Part shown: piece after piece, positions 28,301-39,777 of the stretch
Layout: every line of letters begins with the position of its first letter
Position numbering within the stretch: the stretch's first letter is position 1
NCBI GenBank assembly: GCA_002633005.1
Contig: NMRA01000500.1
Location: 98,220 to 162,219 of the forward strand
From: Phoronis australis
Taxonomy: Eukaryota > Animalia > Phoronida
Direction of reading: 5' to 3'
Length of the DNA stretch: 64,000 nucleotides
Made by a program: the position numbers and the translations under genes
Notes under the pieces: model-generated
Told to the model about the DNA's origin: nothing
The model's input: only the letters and a program-made list of their open reading frames with translations
Databases searched by the model: none

Positions 28301-28857
28301 GCACACTTCAACGAAGTTTAATATAGTTCACTTCACATCAACGGGAAAGGATCCATTTGGAAGCTCAGTCTGAATTTTTCTCATCTGGTCCAACATCCTC
28401 CCGGAATGTAGCCAGCAAACTTTGAGGAGTACAACTTCATAACTTTCGAAAATGTTCAATTTGAACATTTTAACTCATAAAAGGCGACTCCTTATACACT
28501 TCTGTTGTCTAACCTACTCAAGTGATATGTTTTTATCTGTACTTGATTTCAGTGACCCAGACCTTATGACATCAACTGTGAACCAAAGCCCATTCACGAA
28601 AACAGGTGCGTTTTTCACAATAACTAGCGAGAACTCAAACAACAATTTAAATAGATAATGCATGATTTTTACCATGCAGAGAGCTTCCTAGTTTGTTTGC
28701 GATGAAAGAATGTGTCAACACAATAAGCAGATATCTTCCTGGTTGGTTTTCAATGAAAAATGTGTCAACACAAATGAACAAGAATAAATAATGAAATCGA
28801 GTACGGGGCATGTTCTTACGAAGGCCTACTATTGCCGTGAAAAAAAAATAAAATTTG

Positions 28858-29270
28858 AATCAGTTAATGCGGATTGCCAATCTGTAAGTACGGATAGTCA
28901 AATATATGGATTGCCAATTTGTTATTACGGATTGCAAATCTTTTAATTCGGGTCGCCAATCTAAAATTACGGATTTGCCAATCTGTTAGTAGGGATTGCC
29001 AATCTGTAATTACGGATTGCCAGTCTGCTATTACAGATGATCAATCTTTTCATACAGATTGCCAATCTGTTCATGCGGATTGCCAATCTGTAAATACGGA
29101 ATGCCAATATGTTATTACGGATTCCCAATCTGTAATTACGGGTTACCAGTCCAAAAGATTGCCAATCTGTTACCACGAATTGCAAATCTGTTAGACGGTT
29201 GCCAATCTGTCATTACGGTTTGGGAATCAGTTAATGCGATTGTCAATCAGTACTTACGGATTGCATCCAT
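28858..29270. repeat. About 21-bp tandem array, probably transposon subterminal repeats
   Basis: Unit cggattgccaatctgttatta. Confidence 0.85.
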
Positions 29271-29800
29271 GCTATGAACATTCCCACTAAATAAAATTGG
29301 TTCTAACCCCAGTGGTTAAGGTAAACGGTGGGGTATGGAAAATTGAACTAGACCGTATTTATCCACCTTGGCTGAGTCGCGCTCGGCTCACGATTAAAGG
29401 GATGCCGCCAAGCTGCTCTTGTCATCCAGTCACGAGCGAGGATAATTGGCTTCGCTCATGCGGATATGATCAGCTGATTACAATATAGCTAGCAGACTGT
29501 ACTTCTTATGGAGAGAGTTTTACGTACTTTTTACTGTAATACTTGAAAAGAGGAGCGAAAACAAATATGAGTACAACTTTGAATTTTTTCAAATCGGCCC
29601 AGGATAAGAGATTTTGCAACACAGCAACACTCACGATTACTTTCATTCGGCGCGCACTAATACAAAAATATAGGACCCAAGTTATTTAGATTTTGGAACA
29701 CATGCATTGCAATATTCAAAAATACGTTTATTATGAATCTTACAAGCTGTAAAACGACGTTGTTAATTTCATTGTGTTCATTCATTGTCATCTGTCAAAT

Positions 29801-29990
29801 TAGGCAATGACCATCGCCTCTGTTGGCCCGAAGCAGAGGCGATGCAGAGGCTGTAGGCGCTCTGTACGCCGGAAGCTTTTCGGCGAATTATGCCTCGCAT
29901 CGACTAAACCATCAAAGTCACGTTGTTATAAATACCTTTTGCGCATAGAGGAAGACCTTAGGAGGTTGTCGATGCGTTTAAGTCCTTCCA
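29801..29990 (+). mobile_element. Terminal repeat of the same family as 7105-7280
   Basis: taggcaatgacca...gttgttataaatacc ttttgcgcatagaggaagaccttaggagg. Confidence 0.75.
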
Positions 29991-30796
29991 GCGGAGCTAA
30001 CGTTCAGCATTTTTTAGGTCGTCACTTTTTGCGAGTCCAAATCCGGGAACACGAGTGCAGAATTTGCGGTCACTCGTATTTTTGAGCAGGCATTTTCGCC
30101 TGTGTCGAGGGCTGGCATGAATATGTTTGTTTTATTTTTGAAGTGCATCAGATGTCATCTATGACACCGTGCAAAAGTAAGAGTTGTATGGAAGTAGTGC
30201 TGATATATTTTACATTAGATTTTATTTTTTACTTGATCTCTTATGATTATTTTCACATGTGTTGAAATTCAGTTATTCCTCGTGGTAGAAATTTGTAGCA
30301 TTTGCATTTTGTGTATTCATTCATGATGTTCATTTTGTGCTTAGTGATGTTTCTGTTTTCACAACAATCTCTTGTTGCATGCAAACATGTCACATGAACT
30401 GGATAAATCTTCCATTCTAGTCATTTACTATTTAAATCTGAAATTAAACAGCTATTTAAAGCAGCATTGGTGGCATTTTGTATGTTTAGCGTTATAAAAA
30501 ATAAAGTTTTGAACAAAATTACGCATTTACTTTTTTCTGGCTATTATATGAACTCCTGTTTCTGTTGCTGGAAAGTCCATTCCATATTATTTACTGTTTT
30601 GAAACCAAACTTTACGCTGCATAAGTGGATTTAGGCTTCCCTTTCGCACACGATAAAAATGGCATTGACATGTCGTTTTCAGTTCCTGAAATCCTTAGCC
30701 ATTTCTGATACCTACTACTGATTCAGGAATGATAAAATTTTGTTCCATATTATTTATCTGTACACTCACCAGCACAGTCTGTTTTGAAACCAAACG

Positions 30797-31155
30797 CAGG
30801 GGCGGATCCAGGTTTTTTTAAAAAGGGGGTCCAAGTCAACAATTCGAAAATTTTATATTTTACATAACCAAAATCAAGGGATAAAGGGATCCGAAACCCT
30901 TTGACCCCCCTGGATCCGCCTCTCAAACTGTGACGGTACGCTGCATAGATGGATATTGGGGGGTCCGAAGGGGCCCAGGGCTTCCTCATTCTGCACACAA
31001 TAAAAAATGGCGCCCACCTTTCGTTTTCAGTGATCTCACTAGGGCTTGTCCTACAAAAATTGACGTCATGCCCCTCGCAAGGCTGTGATGAAGGCTTATC
31101 CTTCGGAAATTGAGGTCGGGGCCCCCATCATCTTAATTCCATGGATCCGTCTATG
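30797..31155. mobile_element. Two adjacent short GC-rich MITE-like repeats (30797-30923 and 30944-31155); relatives near 20-72, 11430-11500 and 58025-58100
   Basis: caggggcggatccagg/cctggatccgcctct and catagatggat/atccgtctatg inverted ends. Confidence 0.6.
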
Positions 31156-31924
31156 GGTATGAGTTCTTTTTTTGATAAATGTGATACCTTCAACACAGCA
31201 TAAATTAAAAACAGCAATATAATGTTAAAAAGAACTAGTACAACCTTAACCTAGCTGCGTCTCATGAAGTGCTCTGTGTGCAATAATTTCAGAATTCATT
31301 ATTTTAGAAAAATACAGGACCCGACTGCTTCTTGTTGCACTACTGGGAATTAACATAATCATTCCCGGCTAAATGTTCCTCATTAGAGCTTGCAAATCGT
31401 ACTACAGACCACGAAACTTAAAGTGACTGCTTTTTACATTTCTGACCGCGAACCCGTTTTCAACACCCTGTTGGACACCGGTTTTTTCAGAAAATTCGTT
31501 CGAAAACAGCATTTGTGATATGTAGGTCACACTGTTCGTGACCTCCGCTATCGGCAAACAAGGGAACTGAATTATACTCTCCACAGATTTGATTTGAAAA
31601 TGGGTTTGGGCTCAAATATTGCCTTCCGGGCGATTGGCTGTGACCATCAACATGGGCAAACTTCAAACTTCAATGGACACCAAAAAATCTTCATCAATCT
31701 TTCCAGTATTCAGCATAATGGCTCCTTAGATTTACGTTTTTCTCGCTAGCTATCGGCAAATTGCAGAGTTCTCTCCCCTAAATCAAAATTCCTCGGAAAA
31801 CCCCTTTTTGTGTGTATTTTTGTGGGGAATAGTTAGCTGCTGGCTGCGCATGCGCACTGCCAATGTCAGATATTTCTGGCGTTGACAACCCATCTATACA
31901 TATTCGGTCTTGCACTTCAGTTGA

Positions 31925-32425
31925 GAGAATAAGGGAGCTTATCTGTATATATTTTCATTTGGACGTTAGCTTTGACGAGACTCTGTTGTCGTTGCCATCA
32001 AATCACATAAGCAGGCGAGCTTTTCAATGACAACTTCGAAACATGGGGATGTATTGACATACAAACAGTAAAGACGTTATTTGCTTTCTTGAAGAACAGG
32101 CATGAGGACGCCTTCATGGTTATCGGTGGATGCATTTGAAGTGTATACAAAATGGGCTGAGTATCGACAAGGAAACCGTCCGCCATATGTTACGAATTTT
32201 AGATCCATATGGGGTACGATGCAGAGCAAGGAAGAGCCTACAGAGACGTGTAAGAGGCCCTAACTATATGTGGCATATTGACTCTTACGATAAAGTGAAG
32301 CATTTTGGGATATGTATCAATGGCTAAATAGATGGGTTTTCCAGAAAGATACTGTAGTTGGATGTGAACACAACAAGCAGTGGTCCAAATGTAATTGCTG
32401 GTCATTACATGCAAGCAGTGCGTTG
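31925..32425 (+). mobile_element. Degenerate DDE integrase-type transposase fragment (IS3EU/IS481-like)
   Basis: LICIYFHL..GYRWMHLKC..VRHMLRILDP..GPNYMWHIDSYDKVKHFGICING*IDGFSRKIL* with stops. Confidence 0.75.
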
Positions 32426-33567
32426 ATGCAGTTCTTTTTTAATGTCATTCAGGTATGTTTAATCGAGGATGGAAAATGAAACGAGTATTGTACCACAAGT
32501 CGTCCTCTATCCCGAAAAATGTGTAATGGGGTTTTACATGTGTGTTGTGTTTGTACGCGCGTCTGCGTGGGTGTGCGTTTGTGAAACATATTTTAATCCT
32601 TAGTATTCATTGAGCCGATAGAAGAGAGTGTGAAACAGAATTCTTCATTATTTTGGAATCAGTGTGAGCAACCTTCTAGTCTCATTGATAGATCTTCACG
32701 ATCAAAATACCAACAAAGAAAATCTAACCGAACTAACTCATGAGAAGAGTGGCTCCGCAGCATCAGGACCCGTTGATTTGCTGAATAAAGATGATTATTA
32801 TCACCTCATCACGCGTCGCGTTGTCATTGTTAAACGCTTTTTTGGCGTCATGCAAAAACCAAAGTTAGCCATCATTTTAAAGCCCAGGTGAGAACCACAC
32901 TTGTATGGTCTTATTTCCCTAGTGGCTTTCACAAATACTGTTAGAGTAATTTGTCAATTGAGAAGCAAACGCCAAAAAACCCGAAACACTATCACTTCAT
33001 GTTGGCATAAAATATACATGTACCGAATACTTCTGAAAATGGAACCGTGTTGTCGTCTCTTTAATTGAAACCTGCTTGTCGTGTTCAATGAAATTTAAAG
33101 GAAAATGCCACCCAAAAACAACCTATTTTGTATCAATTTAGATCGAAGAGTAGTTCTACTCGATAACGGCAAGTTCGGTTGCGTTACCTGACACCTGACG
33201 GCAGACGGAGGTGTTGAAATTATCCAATGACTCAATTGGTTTCACACGCAGTCTGTTTAGCAGTTCAAACACGGGTTAGTGGTGTAAGCTTATCGCTTGA
33301 ATTCATCGTTTAACACCCATAAATCATCAAACTTCGATATAAAACCCTTAAAAATACACCGAGTTCTTATAAAAAAAGTGTTGTTTTTTACACTGTTACG
33401 GATTTACTGGTATTTGGACACACCGTAGCCTACAAAGTTCGGCAGGCCAATTTACCAAAGGTAATGCCGTAGCAGGAGTTTGGGGTCCACGTTCGGCGAT
33501 AAATTCGAAGAATTCTTCCATGAAATACAGACAAGAGAACCTAGATCTGTGTTGTTTATACTTGTGA

Positions 33568-34855
33568 TTTTTATGAGCCCACATATTTATATGTGGAGGC
33601 ATTATGCAGTCATCTCCGTCCGTTCGTCCGTCCGTCCGGGCGACGTTCGTCCGGCGTCCGGCGTCCGCTGCTCTATCTCCAAAATCCTTATACATAGGTT
33701 CATGAAATTTGGCACATAAGTTCCATTTATGAATAGGACGGCATGAGTGAACTTTCGGACAGATCCGACTACCGGTGTGCCCCCTAGTGGCAATTTTAGT
33801 TTTTAACGCTTACCTTTGTATCTTCAAAGTCCTGAACAGATTTTCATGAAATTTGGTATGTAAGCACCTAATAGTGAGATGACGCTATCCTCCAGTTTTC
33901 GGATGGATTCGAAGTAGTTTGCGCCACGTAAATAGTGGCCATTTTTTTGCGTCCACCTCTCTATCAACCAAACCGCTCAAAGGATGATTGTGAAAATTGG
34001 CATGTATGTGCTTACTATAAAGAGAACGGTTGACGATGATTTTCCGACGATTTCGACTACTGTGGCGCCTCCTAGTGGTAGTTTTGTTTTTGTTGCGCCT
34101 ATGACTGTATCTTCTAATTTGTTAACAGGATCTTTACTTAATTTTGCAAGTTTATTTATATGATGTTGACTACAGATAACGACGACTTTCGGACTGATCT
34201 GACTACTGCTGTGCCCCCTAGTGGCAATTTTATTTTTTTACGTTTAACTCAGTATCTTCAAAGGTCCTCAACAGATTTTCATAAGTTTTTAATATAGGTA
34301 TATATTGGTGTGATGACGTTATCTTCCTGTCTTTGGATGGAATCGAGGTATTTATCACCAACATGTGGCCATTTTTGCTGTTTTCAAATCTTGTTTTTGG
34401 TGTCCACCCCTGTATCAACCAAATCATTTGAAAATTGGCATAGATGTTCCCAGTGTGAAGACTAGCTTTGATGATGGTGACTGACTACTGTGATGCCTCC
34501 CAGTGGTAGTTTTGTTTTGCGCCCATAGTTGTATCTCTTAAACCCACTGCAGGATCTTTACTAAATTTAGGAAGTGTATTTATATGAAGATAACAACAGA
34601 CGACGACGACTTTCAGGCGGATCCAACGGACACTGTGCCCACTAGTGGCAATTTCATTTTATACTGTTTTCCTTTGTTTCTCTGAAGTTCCTTGACAGAT
34701 TTTTATGAAATATGGCATGTTCCTGTTTTTGGATGGATTGTATGTTTTTGCGCCATCTAGTGACCATTTTTATGATACAAATAAATAACCCTAAAAGCAC
34801 ACCATTTGCGATGCCTTCGTGGGCGCTTTTCAACGCTCTGCGTTGCTCTTGTTTT
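33568..34855 (+). mobile_element. HINE/DINE-1-like Helentron-associated non-autonomous element
   Basis: T-run start, (GTCC)n microsatellite near 33617-33640, degenerate central tandem units containing ccctagtggc and atgaaatttgg, 3' hairpin caacgc-tct-gcgttg (34831-34845) then cttgtttt. Confidence 0.7.
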
Positions 34856-35092
34856 GAGATCCAAACACACAAAACTCTTGTTATCCCGGCCAGTGGTTCA
34901 GAACCCGATCAGGCCCGTCGCTGCCGCCGGGACTGGCACGAACATAAAGCAGCTTGAGTTGGAAACTAAACCTCCAGTCACGAAAAGACTATAATAGTGA
35001 GCCAAAGAAATAATGTTCACGTAATTATTTATGTGAATTAGCCACGAAACTGAAAATCTACTTACTTGTCGTTGGCCGCGAAGTTCCCCTTC

Positions 35093-38000
35093 TAGTCAGG
35101 TTTACTATGTCCAAATTTTGACATTCGTTGAAAATTTTTGGGGAAAGTGGAAACTATACATTTTTGGAAATCTCATGGAATGACGAATCAGAAAATAATT
35201 GATTCGATTTTTTCGTTTGCCATCTTGGCGGTCATCTTTCATTTTCAAAAATGGCGCCCGTAAAATACAGTTTGCTCAGTATTTCTGCTCTTGGGTCACT
35301 TTGAATGTTAGTTTTAATGGCTGCACCCACATTTTATGGGGTAAGGAATTGAAAAACACTAGTTCTAAAATGATACATGTAATCTAAATGATTTTAAATG
35401 ATTTTAATAGCAGATACGAACCCCCAGAATATTTAAAGGAATCATAGAAACGCAGATTAACATATGTTTACAGTGTATACCTATTTCTTCATGAAAAGAC
35501 ATTTGAGACATATCTTTTGAAGATTTCGTAATTACTTTCACTGTTCACTTTGGAATCCAGTTCTCCTCTACTCAATGGAAATGCATTTTGCCTTTGGCAG
35601 TCGGATGGCAGATAAGCTTGGCAGTAACCAGGCTGAGGATCAATGACGAGAACAACAAGAGTTGTAGCCAGCTTGGCAAATCGACCAGAAACCTGCTATC
35701 AACCACTATGAATTCACTCTAATACCAAGAGCAATCTTTGCTGCCAGTGGAGCAATGCTGTCATGCACAGACAAATCGAATCGAACTCACCTTCTGCACA
35801 AACTGTCCGAAGCAGACGTCTGACAAAAGGACAGTCCTCAAGCTGCAAGAGAGGTTTTAGATCCAGAAAACATGTAAACAACATCCATTGAGTGTGTTCA
35901 CCCAAGCCACAAAACTGCACGTGTGGATACTATGGAAGTGATGTTCTTAACTAAAGATTATGACATCATTCTGGTTTTTGATACCCACAAAGGCAACTCT
36001 TTTAAACAATCCACAAGAAAAAAGGAGGCAGAGAAAGGGTCAAGTACAGTACCAGATAAGAGATGAGACTTTCATACAGAACATCCCAATGAGCCGTTTC
36101 CTCTCCTATAACCAAAAAAGGCTCAACCTACTGAAAATCTGTCTGTAAAGACACTTGAATATAATAAAGACGCAGACAAGATAGCCATTACTTCAGCTTC
36201 AGGATGCACAAAGAGCAACCGACGAGATCGACGCTTAGAACAAAACGATCACGAAAAAGCAGATATATTGCTAATACACTGTAAATCATGCAGTTCTGGC
36301 ATCACATCAAAAGGTCCCTGATTCTCAGCTGTTTTTTTCACCTGACATAGATTTACTAGTACTCGTCATTGCCTATTATAACGGGCATCTCAGAAATACT
36401 TCAGTCCCCATGCAATCTGGGATTGTGGACGTGAATCCAATATGCTCATCATTAGGTGCTTTCTGGGCAAAGGCTCTTCCTGCTGTCCATGCTTTTACAT
36501 GGACAGACAACACTGGTCCATTCTGTTGGTTGAATATATATTTGAAAGCAAACACCGATGATATCAATGCACAGCAGACTTTTTGTACTGCTTATGAAGT
36601 AACAGGTGAACCTCTTTTCACATTAGCCCCTTTTACAGGTGCATACTCATCACAGGGTATAGACACAAATAGCATCCCAGAGCTGAGATAATACCTCTTC
36701 TGCTGACAGCAACAAACGTCCCCCAACCATTGGTACTGACCTTAACAAACTCTATGACTGGTCTCACAAATGGAAGATGAAATTTAAACCTGAAAAAAGT
36801 GTTGATCTTATATTTTCTAAGTCTAATGATACTCATTTACAAACAAATCCAACACTGGAATTATCAATCAATGGGGAAGTTATCCCCAATAAGTCCACGC
36901 ACAAACATCTTGACTTGCTACTCGACCATAAGCTTACATTTACTCCTCATTGTCGCGAACTCGTTCAAAAAGTACAAAAATTAATTAATCCAATTAGAAT
37001 TATCTCTCGTCATCTCAACTCCATGCATCTTGAAACTCTGTTCAAGTCTTTTGTACTTCCACATCTAGATTACTGTGACATAATCTACCAGTCGGCAAAC
37101 GCTGGCGTACTTTTCCAATTAAAAAGACTACAATACCAAGCAGCTTTAGCCATAACTGGGGCATACAAAAGGTCCAACACAATCAAGGTTCTAAGTAGTC
37201 TTCACTGGAGCAAACTAGCAACCCGTCGTAAATTCCACCTGTCCATGTATACATTCAAAGTCTTAACCAACATAAACAAATACTCTAACAAAATCCTCTT
37301 TGACTCCTACAAAAGACCAAGCCCGAGACCAGGACTCCGGCAAAGCAATATGTATACTATTCCAGCCTCCATCAGCCAAGCCTTTAGAAGATCAACGATA
37401 TTAACTTGTATTGACAACTGGAATTCCTTACCATTCAAAATAAAAGAAAGTACTTCAATCGTCACTCTCAAAAATAACTTTAAAATGCATACCACTACTC
37501 CAGACTTGCCAGTCCCATTGACATCATTCCAACTTCCCCGCAACCATGAAATAACCCTATCCAGATCAAGATGTGGTCTATTTCTTTATAACATTAAATC
37601 TCTTTGTGTGAGTGGATAGAATTTTATACATCTGTATGAAAATAAATTATTTTCTTTCGTTGTCATATATTTTATTGTATTCTTAACATCAGTTTTTTTT
37701 ATTTATGTATTTGTATATAATCATTGTATATAGACTTCTTTGTATTTTTTTACCCAGATCTAATGCCTCTTGGCGCTTTCTGGGTTATGTATATCCATTG
37801 TGTTCTGAAGATTTCGTAATAAACATTAAAAAAAACATTGGTACTTTGAAACAGCATGTGCTGAGGGTGTTAAAGCCAGAGTGTGGGGCCAGGCAGCCAT
37901 TGCTCGACAGGAGTTCCTTGACCCATTGCAGAATTAATTTACAAGGACAAAGATGACCAGCTGAAACCCTCACAACTGAGGAGCTTCCGGCGCCAGAGGC

Positions 38001-38826
38001 TATCATTGAGATGGTTAGATGCCAGTGCAAAAAACAATTCCTCTTCCCAAAGATGCTCTTGCCAATCAAAGGACCTATCTTACACAGATTTATATCAGTA
38101 TAGTGCCGAATGTCAGAATGGTAATGATGATAAAATTCCTGGTGACAGTGATGGCTATAGTAATGATATATAGACTTATTTAAAAGTTTTAAAATACCAT
38201 TGACACTACAAAAACATACTTTCGTGTTCTTCAAACGTAAATAAGTTGTTTAGGTACTGGTTTAGTTTAAAGTGTCTTGAAGGAAACAAATTCCAAACTA
38301 AATATACAAGAAAGTAAGATAGTGATCATACATGTATGTGTCGGATTACATGAAGTATGCATTTAGAAAATGCGACTACTGATAAATGGGGTTTTGACTA
38401 TGTTTATCATTTAATAAGTTGCATTTTAAGATTTCTTGACCACAAAAATGTGGGTGCAGCCATTAAAACTAACATTCTAAGTGACCTAAGAGCAAAGATA
38501 CTGAGGAAAATGTATTTTCCGGGCGCCATTTTTAAAATCCAAGATGGCCGCCAAGATGGCGCCCAAAAATTGAAATTTCCAATTCCTTGAGCCGAGAAAT
38601 GCAGGTGTAGCCATAAAAATCAACATTCTAAGTGACCCAAAAGCGGAAATATTGGCAAAATCCATTTTACAGGCGCCATTTTTTGAAAATCCAAGATGGC
38701 TGCCATGATGGCCGCCAAAAATTGAATCAATTATTTTCTGATTTGTCATTCCATGAGGTTTCCAAAAATGTATAGTTTCCACTTTCCCCAAAAAATTCCA
38801 ACAAAATTACACAACAAACTTGACTA
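35093..38826 (+). mobile_element. Academ-like (XPG-type) DNA transposon, internally degraded
   Basis: TAGTC...GACTA termini, TIRs over 200 bp, 3-bp TSD TTC (35090-92 / 38827-29). Remnants NDHEKADILL, FSPDIDLLVL, HAFTWTDNT (cf. HAFTGxD), LKQHVLRV and a decayed Cys-rich end VRCQCKK..RCSC. Confidence 0.75.
36690..37835 (+). mobile_element. 5'-truncated CR1/L2-group non-LTR retrotransposon nested in the Academ-like element
   Basis: DWSHKWKMKFKPEKS, HKHLDLLLDHKLTF, FKSFVLPHLDYCDIIY, LHWSKLATRR (RT C-terminal region); AATAAA at 37818 and A-run 37828-37835. Confidence 0.85.
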
Positions 38827-39233
38827 TTCCACAGACCGTCAGGGCAAAGGCTGTACAGTAACAATGCTTTGAATAATGTATTTGTACATGTATGTCTAAA
38901 TAAAGATTCCCCTAACATGTGACAATAGCATTTAAAATGGAATGATAGTTTTACAACAACTTTCTGTTAGCAAACACTGGATTAGCATGCGCGCACACGG
39001 TCTCGGTGCCCGGTCAATTACCTTTCAATGCCGGCATCAAAACCCGGTTGCCTAACGCAGTGGTTTATTCATTGCTGGCTTCTCAAAACATTTGCACTCA
39101 TGAGCACTCCAAGACATTACACATTGTATTTAATGAGGCAGACTTTGTTTTAATTTCATATAAGCATTGGTTAGTATCATTTTAGGATGATAATAATTCA
39201 TTTTGAAACAGAAGACAGAATAATAAATGTCTA

Positions 39234-39777
39234 CATGGCAACTCGCCCAGCGCCAATTCCGACTTAGTCAAGAGCTCATCCGACGAAGACTACACGGGTC
39301 GGATCGTTAGGTTTCACAGGCTATCAGTTCGAACCGGAATACACTGTTCAAGAAATATTAGAGGCGCCGTGAACATGCATAGGCAACGGAACGTATAGAT
39401 AGTTCTTTCGTCGACGAAATGCCGGCCACAGACACGGAGATGTTTCACGGCCTCAAACTTGCTATTAACAGTATACCTTTCATTCACCGCGAGCCACTTC
39501 CTAAACATTTCGGGTTTCCGAGGAAGTCGAAAAAACGATATACCCGCTTTCTTCGCAGCTTCATAGTTCGGGCAAGCCGAAACCGATGCACCGCAATGCA
39601 CATGTAGCAGCATTCATTCTGCAGACGAACAACTGACGTCGTTGCGTCGCTTCTCACCTTCCTCACAGGTTAACGCGACACCTCTTGGCAAGGTGAGGTC
39701 GACCGCATAAGAGGCGATGTGGATATAGACTGATTAAGACGGTAAAAAAGACTAATTAAGTCGGGTGTCATTCTTCT
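39234..39777. mobile_element. Kolobok-like remnant: minus-strand THAP domain converging on a plus-strand YQFEPE N-terminus, ending at TTAA
   Basis: THAP signature C..AC..FFRLP..W..RVCGRHF in ORF 39314-39613; GYQFEPEY near 39318; gggtgtcattcttct|TTAA at 39763-39781. Confidence 0.6.

Noticed and set aside
31083-31117. TGATGA...GGAAA hammerhead-like string
   Set aside because: Core deviates, no stem I or III pairing, and it lies within a MITE.
32664-32891. ORF faintly resembling a HECT-domain N-terminus next to the integrase fragment
   Set aside because: Similarity too weak to support without a profile search.
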